From assembly GCA_028715785.1 (NCBI GenBank), contig JAQURC010000006.1:21630-85629 (forward strand): a stretch of DNA of 64,000 nt, in the 5' to 3' direction. The notes under the pieces are model-generated. The model was not told where the DNA came from. It saw only the letters and a list, made by a program, of their open reading frames with translations, and did not search any database. The first letter of the stretch is position 1, and each line of letters begins with the position of its first letter. Source of the DNA: Candidatus Omnitrophota bacterium. Its GTDB lineage: Bacteria; Omnitrophota; Gorgyraeia; Gygaellales; Profunditerraquicolaceae. Shown in pieces: positions 28,108 to 38,700 of the stretch. The translations under genes and the position numbers were made by a program.

Positions 28108-29394
28108 ATGAAAAGGTTGTTAATCGCAGTATTGTTGGGAACTTTCTGCTTGATGAGCGCAGGTGTCCGGGTTTCATACGCAGGGGAAATCGATTTATTG
28201 TTACAAAAGTTAGTAGATAAAGGTGTTTTAACCGGCGCAGAAGCACAGCAGGTAAAACTTGAGACTCAGGAGCAGGTAAAGAAGGAAATTGCCCAGGGCA
28301 AGTATTCTTCTCTGCCGGCTTGGGTGCAGAATATCAAGTTAAAAGGTGATTTACGGCTGAGATATCAGAATCAACATGAAAAAAATAATGCTGATATACA
28401 AAAAGACGCCAACATCGGCCGTGTGCGTATGCGCTTGGGCTTAGAGGCCAAGGTAAACGATAAGATCCTCGCCGGAGTCGGTATAGCTACCGGAAGCGGA
28501 GATCCGCGCTCTACCAATATATCTTTCGGCGGTTACAATAGTAAAAAGACGGTTGTGCTGGATTATGCTTACGGTAAGTATGCGCCGCTTCCCTGGCTAA
28601 AACTTGTCGGCGGAAAAATGCTTCCTGGTGATGTATTTTGGGAGCCTACCGATTTAATATGGGATACGGATATAACTCCTGAAGGCGCGGTTATCGGGCT
28701 TAGCAAGGATTTGAATCCCAGAACCAATTTGTTTATGAACGGCAGTTTCTTAGTTGTCGAGACAGATTCTACATCAACTTCCGGGGCTTCGGCGTTCCTT
28801 ATTCAGCCGGGAGCAAGTTACAAATTTAATGATACCTACTCATTAAAAGGGGCGGTTTCTTTTTCCTCGTTCGATGTCAAAGACCAGGTTCCTTCAAGCC
28901 ACGATAAAGGCTCCAATACTAAATATAATAGCACTTCTGCTACTACGGGAAACTATGCCTTTAATTACGCGATGCTTAATCCTGCGTTAGAATTTAAGAT
29001 TATGCAGCCTTTTAAAGTTTTTGGGTTAAGCCCTGAATCTTTAAAGTTTTTTGGTGAATATGTGAATAACCTGGATGTTTCCAAGAAAAATACCGGTTTC
29101 TCGGCAGGGTTCCAGCTTGGCAATGAAAAAATCGAAAAGTGGGGTGATTGGCAGTTACGATACCTCTATGCTATGTTAGGCAAGGATGCCGTGCTTGATA
29201 TATTGCCTGACTCTGACCGTTATAGCGGTAAAACAGGCATAAGAAGCCATGAGGTTATTTTAAATTTCGGCTTAGCTAAAAATACCTCCCTTGGTTTTGA
29301 TATCTACCGTTCATGGGGAATAAACGGGATAAATAGCGGCGGAAGGGCGCAGCCTGAAACCTTGGCTCAGGTTGATCTTAATATGAAGTTCTGA
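28108..29394 (+). CDS. Outer-membrane porin, putatively anion/phosphate-selective (OprO/OprP-like), first gene of the pst operon.
   Basis: Signal peptide and an N-terminal coiled-coil-like segment. Alternating beta-strand pattern with C-terminal ...DLNMKF (terminal Phe). Sits under a Pho box and immediately upstream of pstS. Confidence 0.5.
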   Translation: MKRLLIAVLLGTFCLMSAGVRVSYAGEIDLLLQKLVDKGVLTGAEAQQVKLETQEQVKKEIAQGKYSSLPAWVQNIKLKGDLRLRYQNQHEKNNADIQKDANIGRVRMRLGLEAKVNDKILAGVGIATGSGDPRSTNISFGGYNSKKTVVLDYAYGKYAPLPWLKLVGGKMLPGDVFWEPTDLIWDTDITPEGAVIGLSKDLNPRTNLFMNGSFLVVETDSTSTSGASAFLIQPGASYKFNDTYSLKGAVSFSSFDVKDQVPSSHDKGSNTKYNSTSATTGNYAFNYAMLNPALEFKIMQPFKVFGLSPESLKFFGEYVNNLDVSKKNTGFSAGFQLGNEKIEKWGDWQLRYLYAMLGKDAVLDILPDSDRYSGKTGIRSHEVILNFGLAKNTSLGFDIYRSWGINGINSGGRAQPETLAQVDLNMKF

Positions 29395-29427
29395 CAAGCG
29401 TAATCAGCGAAAAGAGGAGGAATTAAA

Positions 29428-30246
29428 ATGAAATTAACAAGGTTAGCGGTAATGGGAACGTTGATTTTGGGCCTTGCGTTACCCTGCTACGCAGAGAAGA
29501 TTGTGGTTGAAGGCTCTACTACTGTGCTTCCTATCGCCCAAAAAACAGCTGAAGTTTATATGGACAAAAATCCCGGTGCCAATATTTCTGTGCGCGGCGG
29601 AGGTTCAGGAGTGGGTATTGCATCGTTGTTAGATAAAAATTGCGATATCGCTGATTCTTCCCGTCCGATTAAGGACACAGAGCTTGATAAAGCAGTAACT
29701 AACGGCGTTGATGCTACAGCTAATATAGTTGCCATGGATGGTTTAGCAGTAATTGTCAATCCGGAAAATAGCATTAGTAAATTAAGTAAAAAACAGGTAA
29801 AAGATATTTTTACCGGCACAATTTCTAACTGGTCTCAGTTAGGAGGCAAAGATGAGAAGATTGTAGTTGTATCCCGCGATACTTCAAGCGGGACATTTGA
29901 AGCTTTCCTCACGTTAGTATTGGAAGGCGGTAAAACCCGCTCTGATGCTTTAATGCAGGCATCTAATCAGGCAGTGGCAACTACTGTTGCTGGCACCCCG
30001 GGAGCTATAGGTTATGTGGGGTTAGGTTTTCTTTCATCTTCGGTAAAGGCGATTGAAATAAACGGAGTTATGCCTTCAAGGGATACGGTTGTCTCCGGTA
30101 AATATCCAGTTACCCGCCCGCTTTTTATGTACACCAATGGTAAACCTAAAGGGTTAGTTAAGGAATACATTGATTTTATTTTAAGCGATGAAGGACAGAA
30201 GTTAGTTGAAGAAGAGGGTTTTGTAGGGTTAAAGGAGAAAAAATAA
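29428..30246 (+). CDS. pstS: Phosphate ABC transporter substrate-binding protein PstS.
   Basis: Signal peptide. PBP-like fold motifs (GSTTVLPIAQK, SVRGGGSGVGIASL, VSRDTSSGTFEAF, GAIGYVGLGF) characteristic of the PstS family. Confidence 0.8.
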   Translation: MKLTRLAVMGTLILGLALPCYAEKIVVEGSTTVLPIAQKTAEVYMDKNPGANISVRGGGSGVGIASLLDKNCDIADSSRPIKDTELDKAVTNGVDATANIVAMDGLAVIVNPENSISKLSKKQVKDIFTGTISNWSQLGGKDEKIVVVSRDTSSGTFEAFLTLVLEGGKTRSDALMQASNQAVATTVAGTPGAIGYVGLGFLSSSVKAIEINGVMPSRDTVVSGKYPVTRPLFMYTNGKPKGLVKEYIDFILSDEGQKLVEEEGFVGLKEKK

Positions 30247-30269
30247 AGCGTTTACTCGGTAACCCTAAG

Positions 30270-30300
30270 ATGGCACGGTGGATTTATTCTGCCGTGCCAT
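30270..30300 (+). other. Intercistronic pstS-pstC stem-loop (ATGGCACGG ... CCGTGCCAT, 9-bp perfect stem, 13-nt loop, no U-tract).
   Basis: Perfect inverted repeat between pstS and pstC. It occupies the position taken by a P1 palindrome in operon 2. Candidate mRNA-stabilising or processing hairpin. Confidence 0.5.
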
Positions 30301-30310
30301 TACTCCTATT

Positions 30311-31201
30311 ATGAAGATACTGCGTTTTAAAGAAAGACTATACAAATGGATTTTTACTATCCTTGCCTTTGCTTCGCTTTTTTTCCTGATGGGCATTGTG
30401 TTAGTGCTGGTTAAAGAAAGCCTGCCCATATTCCAGAAAGTAAACTTCTTTAAATTTATCTTTGGCCGCAGCTGGTATCCTACTTATAATCCCGCGGAAT
30501 TCGGAATCTTACCTTTAATTTTAGCTTCTATTTGGGTAACTTTGGGCGCGGTTGTAGTTTGTGTTCCTTTAGGGGTTGGCAGCGCGCTTTATCTAAATGA
30601 ATTAGCCGGGAGGCGCCAAAAAGCCGTACTCAAGCCAATCGTTGAATTGTTAGCCAGCATCCCTTCGGTAGTTTTCGGATTTTTTGGCGTGGTTATACTT
30701 ACGCCTTTATTACAGAAGGTATTTCATTTACCTACAGGGTTAACTGCCTTAAATGCCAGTATTATTTTGGGGGTTATGGCTACTCCTACGGTATGCAGTA
30801 TCGCAGAAGACGCATTAAATTATGTCCCGAATGCGTTTCGCGAGGCTTCATTTGCGGTAGGGGCCACACGCTGGCAAACTTTGACTCAAGTAATAATCCC
30901 GGCAGCGGGTTCAGGAATAGCTACGGCCATAATTTTAGGGATGAGCCGGGCGATCGGCGAAACGATGACTGTGTTAATGGTTGCCGGAGGTTCAGCAGTC
31001 ATACCTCATACATTCTTAGAGCCGGTGCGGCCGATGACCGCGGCGATTGCCGCGGAGATGGGGGAGGCTCCTATGGGCGGCAGCCATTATCACGCGCTTT
31101 TTGCCATCGCGCTCATATTATTTGTGATTACATTTATATTTAATGTTATCGCCGAGATAATCAGCCGGAGTTTTAGGGTAAAGCTGGGGTTAAGCGGATG
31201 A
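30311..31201 (+). CDS. pstC: Phosphate ABC transporter permease PstC. The start is ambiguous: ATG 30311 or GTG 30278 inside the hairpin.
   Basis: Six TM segments and an EAA-like loop. Conserved PstC blocks (WYPTYNPAEFGILP, PSVVFGFFG, ASIILGVMATPTV). Confidence 0.75.
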   Translation: MKILRFKERLYKWIFTILAFASLFFLMGIVLVLVKESLPIFQKVNFFKFIFGRSWYPTYNPAEFGILPLILASIWVTLGAVVVCVPLGVGSALYLNELAGRRQKAVLKPIVELLASIPSVVFGFFGVVILTPLLQKVFHLPTGLTALNASIILGVMATPTVCSIAEDALNYVPNAFREASFAVGATRWQTLTQVIIPAAGSGIATAIILGMSRAIGETMTVLMVAGGSAVIPHTFLEPVRPMTAAIAAEMGEAPMGGSHYHALFAIALILFVITFIFNVIAEIISRSFRVKLGLSG

Positions 31202-32046
31202 AGAAAGAGTTTTCGCAAAATTTGGGATTTTTTGGTTTATTCCTCTGCATGCTTACTACCATTTTGGCCCTGGGCTCAATTATTTATTTTATCGCGGCGC
31301 GTGGATTTAGCGTGTTGAGTTGGAGTTTTCTTACCCAGGTGCCGTATTCGGCGATGACTAAAGGCGGGATTGCGCCGGTTATCGTGGGCACATTTTATAT
31401 TACTTTGGGGGCGATTATGTTTGCTCTTCCGCTGGGGATTGCTTGCGCGGTATATCTTTGCGAGTATTCACCTAAGAGCATCGTGGTAAATATTATTAGA
31501 ATCAGCATCAATAATCTGGCCGGCGTGCCATCGGTTGTCTTTGGCCTATTTGGCTTAGCGGTGTTCGTTAAATTCTTCGGTTTTGGAGTTTCCATTCTCT
31601 CCGGAAGCCTGACTTTAGGGATTTTGGCGCTGCCAATGATAATCTCCTCAGCGCAAGAGGCGCTTTTGGCCGTTCCTCAATCAATCAGGGAAGCTTCATT
31701 ATCTCTGGGGGCGACGAAATGGGGAACTATCAAAAATATCGTCTTACCTACAGCTTTGCCCGGGATCCTTACCGGTGTGATTTTAAGTATTGGCAGGGTG
31801 GCCGGAGAAACTGCACCGATTCTATTTACCGCCGCCGCCTTTTATACGCGCGGCTATCCTAAATCCGTATTTTCCGAAGTCATGGCCCTGCCGTACCATA
31901 TTTACGCGCTGATGACTGAAGGAGCGCATCCGGATAAGCAAAGAGCGATTGCCTATGGTTGCAGCTTGGTGCTTTTATTTTTGGTTTTATTTATTTCAGG
32001 ATTTGCTATATTCTTGCGTCAAAGGCAGAGGAGTTTGTATGGATAA
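31198..32046 (+). CDS. pstA: Phosphate ABC transporter permease PstA.
   Basis: ATGA start/stop overlap with pstC. PstA blocks ([34 protein letters not shown]-loop [12 protein letters not shown]). Confidence 0.8.
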   Translation: MKKEFSQNLGFFGLFLCMLTTILALGSIIYFIAARGFSVLSWSFLTQVPYSAMTKGGIAPVIVGTFYITLGAIMFALPLGIACAVYLCEYSPKSIVVNIIRISINNLAGVPSVVFGLFGLAVFVKFFGFGVSILSGSLTLGILALPMIISSAQEALLAVPQSIREASLSLGATKWGTIKNIVLPTALPGILTGVILSIGRVAGETAPILFTAAAFYTRGYPKSVFSEVMALPYHIYALMTEGAHPDKQRAIAYGCSLVLLFLVLFISGFAIFLRQRQRSLYG

Positions 32047-32800
32047 CAAGATAAAAATGCAGGCAAAAAACGTGGATTTTTTTTACGGGAAAAACCAGGC
32101 GCTAAAAAATGTCAACCTCAATGTTTATGCCAATAAAGTTACGGCGATGATCGGGCCTTCAGGCTGCGGCAAATCAACATTCATCCGTCTGTTTAACCGG
32201 ATGAATGAATTAGTCGCGCATACAACCCTTAAAGGCAAGATTTTGCTGGATGATTTGGATATTAACAGCCCTCTGGTTGATGCCGTGGATATTCGAAAAA
32301 GGGTGGGGATGGTTTTTCAGAAACCCAATCCTTTTCCTAAAACTATATTTGAAAATATAAGCTACGGTTTAAAAGTGAACGGAATAAAAGATAAAGCGTT
32401 TATTGAGCAGAAGGTTGAAGATTCCTTAAAGAAGGCGGTTATCTGGGCTGAAGTAAAGGACAGGCTTAATGACAGTGCTTTGAAATTATCCGGCGGGCAG
32501 CAACAACGTTTATGTATTGCCCGGTGTTTGGCCGTAGAGACAGAGGTAATACTATTTGATGAGCCATGTGCCAGCCTGGATCCGATATCAACCGCTAAGA
32601 TAGAGGAATTGATTTTGGAGCTTAAAAAAGATTATTCCATTGTGATTGTCACGCATAATATGCAGCAGGCAGCGCGGGTCTCTGATTATACAGGGTTTTT
32701 CCTTTTGGGGGAGTTGATTGAGTTTGGAAAAACGCAGGATATATTTACCGCTCCCAAAGATAAAAAAACCGAGGCTTATATAACCGGTAGGTTTGGTTAA
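32039..32800 (+). CDS. pstB: Phosphate ABC transporter ATPase PstB (canonical).
   Basis: Walker [11 protein letters not shown]-loop [12 protein letters not shown], signature LSGGQQQRL, Walker [13 protein letters not shown]-loop [11 protein letters not shown]. 8-nt overlap with pstA. Start taken as MDNKI (32039), not the track's 31949. Confidence 0.85.
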   Translation: MDNKIKMQAKNVDFFYGKNQALKNVNLNVYANKVTAMIGPSGCGKSTFIRLFNRMNELVAHTTLKGKILLDDLDINSPLVDAVDIRKRVGMVFQKPNPFPKTIFENISYGLKVNGIKDKAFIEQKVEDSLKKAVIWAEVKDRLNDSALKLSGGQQQRLCIARCLAVETEVILFDEPCASLDPISTAKIEELILELKKDYSIVIVTHNMQQAARVSDYTGFFLLGELIEFGKTQDIFTAPKDKKTEAYITGRFG

Positions 32801-32829
32801 ACAAGGCAACTTATTAGCGAGGTCTGATT

Positions 32830-33507
32830 ATGGAAAGACATTTTGACGTAGAGTTGGCCGATTTAAAAAGTAGTATACTTCAGATGGGTGATTTAGTGGA
32901 GGAAGCGATTATTGATTCGGTGGAGGCGCTTAAACAGTTACGTAAAGATAAAGCTGCCAGGGTGATTGCCGAAGATAAGATTGTTGATGAGTGCGAACTT
33001 AAAATTGATGAAGAGTGTCTGGATCTTTTGGCTTTAAGGCAGCCGATGGCAGTGGACCTGCGTTTTATTACCATGGCGATGAAGATCTCTACTGATTTGG
33101 AAAGAATGGCGGATCTGGCTGTGGATATCTCCCAGCGGGTGTTGGAATTAGCAGATAAGCCGCTGCTTAAGCCGCTGGTAGATATACCAAAATTAACCCT
33201 GCTTGCGCAAAAGATGACTCGTGATGCCATAAGTTCATTTGTTAATAAAGACGCGGAATTAGCCAGGATAGTAATATCGAGCGATCGAGAAGCCGATAAC
33301 CTGCGTGATCTAGTTCAACAGGAGCTGCTCAATGATTATATCTCCAAAAATAAAACAACTATTCCACGCGCTATTCCTTTACTTTTGATTGCCCGCCATC
33401 TTGAGCGTATCTGCGATCACGCCACTAATATCGCCGAAGATGTAATCTATATGGTTGAGGCAAAGGTAGTAAAACACCACCTGGAAAAATTAGATGAAAA
33501 CAGTTGA
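32830..33507 (+). CDS. phoU: Phosphate uptake regulator PhoU.
   Basis: Two PhoU repeats with conserved ERxADxxTNIAE-type motifs (DLERMADLAVDIS; LERICDHATNIAEDVIY). Confidence 0.8.
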   Translation: MERHFDVELADLKSSILQMGDLVEEAIIDSVEALKQLRKDKAARVIAEDKIVDECELKIDEECLDLLALRQPMAVDLRFITMAMKISTDLERMADLAVDISQRVLELADKPLLKPLVDIPKLTLLAQKMTRDAISSFVNKDAELARIVISSDREADNLRDLVQQELLNDYISKNKTTIPRAIPLLLIARHLERICDHATNIAEDVIYMVEAKVVKHHLEKLDENS

Positions 33508-33569
33508 TTTAAGATGGTTGCTGCAATATTATAATGTCGCGTTGTATTTTAAAAGGAGATACTTTTAGC

Positions 33570-34001
33570 ATGGATAAGAAAAAAGTTTTATTTGTTTGCG
33601 TGCATAACTCGGCTCGTTCGCAAATGGCCGAAGCGTTTTTAAAACAGATGGCTGGTGATAGATTTGAGGTGGAGAGCGCGGGCCTGGAGCCTGGCAAGTT
33701 AAATCCCACAGTTGTCGAGGTGATGAAAGAGGTAGGCATCGATATTTCACAGAACAAGACTAAGAGTGTGTTTGATTTCTACAAACAGGGTAAACGATAT
33801 GATTATGTTGTGACTGTGTGCGCTGAATCGCAAGCGGAAAAGTGTCCTATTTTTCCCGGGACAGCAGTCACACAAAGAATGCATTGGGGTTTTGATGACC
33901 CCTCGAGTTTTCAGGGGGGCCAGGATGAGAGAATGAAGAAAATCCGCCAGGTTAGAGATAAAATTAAACGCCGGATTATGGAATGGATTAATGAAAGATA
34001 G
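33570..34001 (+). CDS. arsC: Low-molecular-weight protein-tyrosine-phosphatase / arsenate reductase (ArsC, LMWP family).
   Basis: Catalytic P-loop CVHNSARSQMAE (CX5R(S/T)) at the N-terminus, plus a downstream Cys pair (VTVCAES, EKCPIF) as in thioredoxin-coupled ArsC. 144 aa. Confidence 0.6.
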   Translation: MDKKKVLFVCVHNSARSQMAEAFLKQMAGDRFEVESAGLEPGKLNPTVVEVMKEVGIDISQNKTKSVFDFYKQGKRYDYVVTVCAESQAEKCPIFPGTAVTQRMHWGFDDPSSFQGGQDERMKKIRQVRDKIKRRIMEWINER

Positions 34002-34875
34002 CCGGTGCAAAGTATTTTGCTTGCCTGTTATTATCCGCCCCCGTTTACTATCAGTTATTTTAATGGTATTAGCTTTATCCTTGAATACAGTTGTTCAGGG
34101 TTCCTTTGCCCAAGGTGCCGATTCTACTTATCGCAAAGGTATAGAATACGCTTCCGAAGGAAGATTCCCGGAGGCTGCGGATTGGTTTCAAGATAACCTA
34201 AAAAACAATAAATCAGATTCTACTTCACTTAGTTCCCTTATCGTTATTAAGGATTTAAATGACGGTAAAATTACCGATGTGTATGCCAAGTCTTTTTTTA
34301 CAGGATTGAATTTTCTACAAAACGGTAATATAGATGATGGGCTTAAGGAGCTCCAGAAGGCTATAGAATTTAATCCAGGCTATCCTAAGCCGTATAATGT
34401 CATTGGTGTGGTTTATGCTTCAGTTGGGGATAAATCCAAAGCCATTGATTATTTCCAAAAAGCCATAGAAATAAATCCTCAATATAGCCAGGCATGTTTT
34501 AACCTAGCCGCGTTGTATCAATCATCAGCCCAGCCGGAAGATGCCCTTAAGTATTATGAGAAAGTAATATCTTTGGATCCAAATTCTTTCGAAGCAATAA
34601 TTAATATGGCCGCAATTTATGCTTTACTTGGGAAATACTCCGAAGCGATTAGGTATTATCAAAATGCCATCGGGTTGGATGGGAATAACCCCGAACTGTA
34701 TTATAACCTCGCCCTATCTTATTTTATGTCTGATCAATTTAGAAAGTTTAAAGAAAATCTTCTTAAATCCCAAGAATTATATCAAGAAAAAGGTGATCGC
34801 CAGGGGCTTGAGAAAGTAGCAGTATATATGAATAAGATGAAAGAAATTGAAAGCAAGGCAAGGCATACCAAGTAA
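33991..34875 (+). CDS. Secreted TPR-repeat protein.
   Basis: Signal peptide (LSVILMVLALSLNTVVQGSFAQ). Several 34-aa TPR-like repeats (AIEYFQKAIEINPQYSQACFNLAALYQ...). Confidence 0.6.
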   Translation: MKDSRCKVFCLPVIIRPRLLSVILMVLALSLNTVVQGSFAQGADSTYRKGIEYASEGRFPEAADWFQDNLKNNKSDSTSLSSLIVIKDLNDGKITDVYAKSFFTGLNFLQNGNIDDGLKELQKAIEFNPGYPKPYNVIGVVYASVGDKSKAIDYFQKAIEINPQYSQACFNLAALYQSSAQPEDALKYYEKVISLDPNSFEAIINMAAIYALLGKYSEAIRYYQNAIGLDGNNPELYYNLALSYFMSDQFRKFKENLLKSQELYQEKGDRQGLEKVAVYMNKMKEIESKARHTK

Positions 34876-34933
34876 GCAACTCCCCTCATTAGAACGGACA
34901 CTCCCTGATTGTTAATTGTAATTATGCGGTAAA

Positions 34934-34987
34934 TTTACAAAGAATTTACATTGCCTTAATAATTAGTTAACAAATTAATTGTATATT
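34934..34987 (+). promoter_or_regulatory. Pho-box-like promoter: TTTACA (34934), TTTACA (34945), TTAATA (34956) at 11-bp period, then extended -10 TGTATATT (34980-34987).
   Basis: Direct hexamer repeats of the same type as at 27544 and 28008. Located upstream of the TPR / giant-membrane-protein unit. Confidence 0.45.
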
Positions 34988-35076
34988 TTCTATGTAAGCA
35001 ATGGATTAAAAAGCCACGGAAGGGAAAGGTCTCGTAAAAGAGGCTTTTCCCTTAAAATATCACCAGGGAATCAAAA

Positions 35077-35730
35077 ATGTTAAAAATAAGAGGCACTATT
35101 TTATCCATAATATTTATCCTTTTATTGTCGCGCTATGCCGTGGCCGAAGTAGTTACTCTCAAATCCGGCAAGGTTATTGACGGTGAAATTGTCGAAAGAA
35201 ATAAAGACTATGTTAAAGTTAAATATGATGGACAAGAGATTTATTATGAAAATAAATATATTAAAAATATAGAGGCACAAAATACGCCTGAGCCAGCCGT
35301 GAATGCGGAAAAAGAAAAAGCAGCGCAAGATCCAATGCCATCTTTTAAGAGCGCAATAGAGTTGGCTGCGGCAGGGAACTTCAGCCAGGCTAGGCAGGAA
35401 TTTCAAAAGCAGTTCAATGATATAAAAGGAGGGCTTAATATTCTTGATGATGTGGAGAAAGGCTTAATCAGTAAAGAGTATGCCATCTATTTATTTCAAG
35501 GGTCATTGCATATGATTAACGGGGAATATAATTTAGCCATAACATCTTTGGAAAAGGCCTGGGAAATTAATCCCAGGGATCCGGATCTAAATTATAACCT
35601 CGGTTCCGCTTATTTTTCCTTGGGGGAATATAAAGAATCAATCGTGTATTTGTCCGCTGTTTTAAAATTACAACCGCTTGATACCGAGGCCCAGGAGCTT
35701 CTAACCAGGGCTTATCATGGACAAAACTAA
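35077..35730 (+). CDS. Secreted TPR-repeat protein (217 aa).
   Basis: Signal peptide MLKIRGTILSIIFILLLSRYAVA. C-terminal TPR repeats (YNLAITSLEKAWEINPRDPDLNYNLGSAYFSLGEYKESIVYL). Confidence 0.6.
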   Translation: MLKIRGTILSIIFILLLSRYAVAEVVTLKSGKVIDGEIVERNKDYVKVKYDGQEIYYENKYIKNIEAQNTPEPAVNAEKEKAAQDPMPSFKSAIELAAAGNFSQARQEFQKQFNDIKGGLNILDDVEKGLISKEYAIYLFQGSLHMINGEYNLAITSLEKAWEINPRDPDLNYNLGSAYFSLGEYKESIVYLSAVLKLQPLDTEAQELLTRAYHGQN

Positions 35731-35747
35731 ACAGCTAATTCCTCAAC

Positions 35748-38700
35748 ATGTTTAGAATGTTACGTAGAATCTTAGCCTGCCTGTTATGTTTTACGCTCCT
35801 CTTTGAACAGAGTGGTTTTGCCCAGTCTGTAGCGGAAGGCAATTTCTTAGGTTTTTTTGCCCCTCCTCACCTAAGCGGCGCCTTTAATCCCGCGCGTCTT
35901 CGCTATGTTGCATACGCCGAAAACATCAATAAATTTAAATTTTTATTTGACAAGGGTGATTTAAGAGATACTGACGATTTTACTTTAAAGGATTCAATCA
36001 GCGGACCTTTAAGTTATTTTTTGGTAGGGATAACTTTACCGAGCGAAAGTTTCTGGGTAAATCTGCGGCCGGATTCCCCGGCTAATGTTATCGATGATTT
36101 ACTGGCTGAAACTGATGTGGGCAAGATTTTCTTAGAAGCCGACTTGCAGTTAAAGAAGGAGTTTGCTCGTTACACTATGTCTGCCCAGCAGGGAAAAGAA
36201 TATCGGCTGCAAATCAGGAAAAAAGCCGAAGAGCTTTTTGGCTGCCTGGCGTTAGCTCCTTCAACTTTTACCCGCGTGTGGATTGACCCGGGTGAGATAA
36301 TCATCAGAGAAACTCAAAACAGCGCTTATATATATAAAGCAAATTTGAATGTGCTTACGGAGGAAGATTATTTTGGAAATTCCTTGGCCTCTGAAGATAA
36401 ACGGGTACAGGCTTTTAACGAATACGCGTCAGAACTTATAAAAAATTTAATTTTACCCAAGCTTATCAAGGAGGTGAATACCGGGAAAGAATTTGCCGCT
36501 TTAAGACAGGTTTATTATTCTTTTATTTTAGCTCAGTGGTTTAAAAATAGATTCTTGCAGCGTAACGGTCCAGCGCCCCGGTTTATCGATAGTAAAATTT
36601 TATCTGGTCTTAATTCTAAACATCCTTGGTCCAAGGAGGATTATTTTGCGCAATACCAGGAATCAGTACAAAGGGGGGACTACCGTTTTGATGAAAGAGA
36701 ACCTTTAGTTTTTGGAGAAATGGTAACTAGTTATTCTTGCGGCGGGGTAACTCTGGCATTAAAAATTCCGCCTTTTGCTTCTGCGGGGATGATCACTAGT
36801 GATGGGAGTATGACTTTAATAGGCGGAAGAGAAATAGAAGGTATTTTATCCCCTGACCGGGTTCTTGACCTAGGGTTAATCAGTGCAACTGCAAAATTTG
36901 ATCTAAAGGATCCGCTGGGTAATGTTATTGTTGAATCCGCAGCAAGTTCAGTTCGTAATGCTGCGTCAGCCGCTCCTGTTTCTGCTGCCAGCAGCGCGCA
37001 GGCGATGAATGACGGTGGAAGCCAGGTATTGAAAAAAGCAAAAGAAAAACTAAGTGTGTTAGAATTAAATAATCCGGCTTATTTAATTGCCGCGGAGCTA
37101 TTGCTTGGCGCTTTATTTATTTTTGGATTTTTTGTTGACGCCGGGAGTATGTTTTATAACTATGGGGTATTTGGACACTCCGTAATAGAAAGGTTTGTCG
37201 GTTATCCCTTGCCGAGTTTGAATGAGTATTTCCAGATTATCTCGCTTTCTTTTATTGCCTTTAACGCCTTGTTTGGATTATCAAAATCACCCGCGGTTAG
37301 GGCAAAAACCGGGCTTGCCCCCATTTTTTCAATACTTTCGGGATTTACGCTTTTTGGGATAGTGCCGCTGGCTATCAGCCTTACGGGTTTAGATAAATAT
37401 TTCAACTTGCAACTGGCGGTTTCTCCTTACGCGATGGAGGCCTTCGCGCTTTTGGGCGCGGCAGTTATAGGTCTATTGCCGGGGATGAATACTAAAAAGG
37501 AGAGCCCGGTTGATTTCCCTGAGAGTAGTCCGGATATAGAAAATAATACGGGTTGGGTGGAGCCTTCATGGGACGCTGTAGTAGAGGCGGCTTTGAATGA
37601 AGTAAACAAAAGGGCCGGTATTTCCGGCCTTACCGATGGAGCCTGTCTTGAGTTCCTGGAACAAACGCGCAAGCTCAGAAACCTCCTGCCTTTTGAATCG
37701 CATATCGTTACCGACAAAAGAGTCGCCTATTATCAGATTTACGACGAAGCTTTACAGTCTCTGTGCAAGAAACTCCAGGAAATTATGGATAGGCTGCGTG
37801 TAAGTACAGATGAGTTGGAACGAAAACGCCTGAATATCTACGCTTCTGAAATATTGGTTACTGCCGAATATTTTAATGAATGCCTGCGCGCTCTTAATGA
37901 GGTAGAGAATATCCCTCTTTCATCCGGTGACCGGCTTGACCGCAGCACCCCTTTTCGTAAAACAATCTCTTTTATTGTCGGGCATGCCTTTGGGTTTAAT
38001 AAGACATTTAACTATTCCAAGAAGGAGCTTATGAAGCAGCTAAAGGAGAAAATCATTCCGTTAGGCAATAGCTTGGATAACCTTTATTCGACAAAAGCCG
38101 ATATCGATAAGCAGGTTATTAAAAAGTGGGGGGAATGGATCCAAAACTGTTATGAAGGCAAAAGAAAAAGGCTGGGCGCCAGAAAAGGCTGGGTTTTTTG
38201 GAAAGAGATGTTCGGCCCGCTTGTCAGCCTGGTCTTGGTGGCTTCTGCACTTCCGATTGGCGGGAACATTGGTTTTCTAGAGTTCTTGTCCGCCCCTGAC
38301 TTTAGCGCGGGCGCTTTATGGAACGCAAAACCATTGGTAGGGCTTTCGCTTATTTTTTTGGGTTGGTATGTGTTACTGTTTCCCGGCAGAGGTAAAGCCG
38401 ACCAGACTTATAAAGAACACAATAAGACAATTGAGAAGTTAAAGCGGCAATTTAAAGACACTTTTTTCCTTATTGAGGGGGATTCAAGAAACAAGGCATT
38501 ACAATTTGCTTATGAGCAGTCTCTTGAAGCGGCTTGGAAAGAACTTTCTAGCGCCAGCGCAAGCGCGCAGGCAGTCATTGTTGTCACGGAACAGCCCAAA
38601 ATAATTCAGGATTTTCTTGAAAATTTGCGCGGTACGATATTACGAAAAGATGTCGAATTATTGGCTATTTCCGCCGAAAACAAAGGCAGTGCCGCGGCGT

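Noticed and set aside
30793-31143. Plus-strand R/G-rich 116-aa ORF inside pstC1.
   Set aside because: Alternative frame of a well-supported membrane permease gene with biased composition; no independent support.
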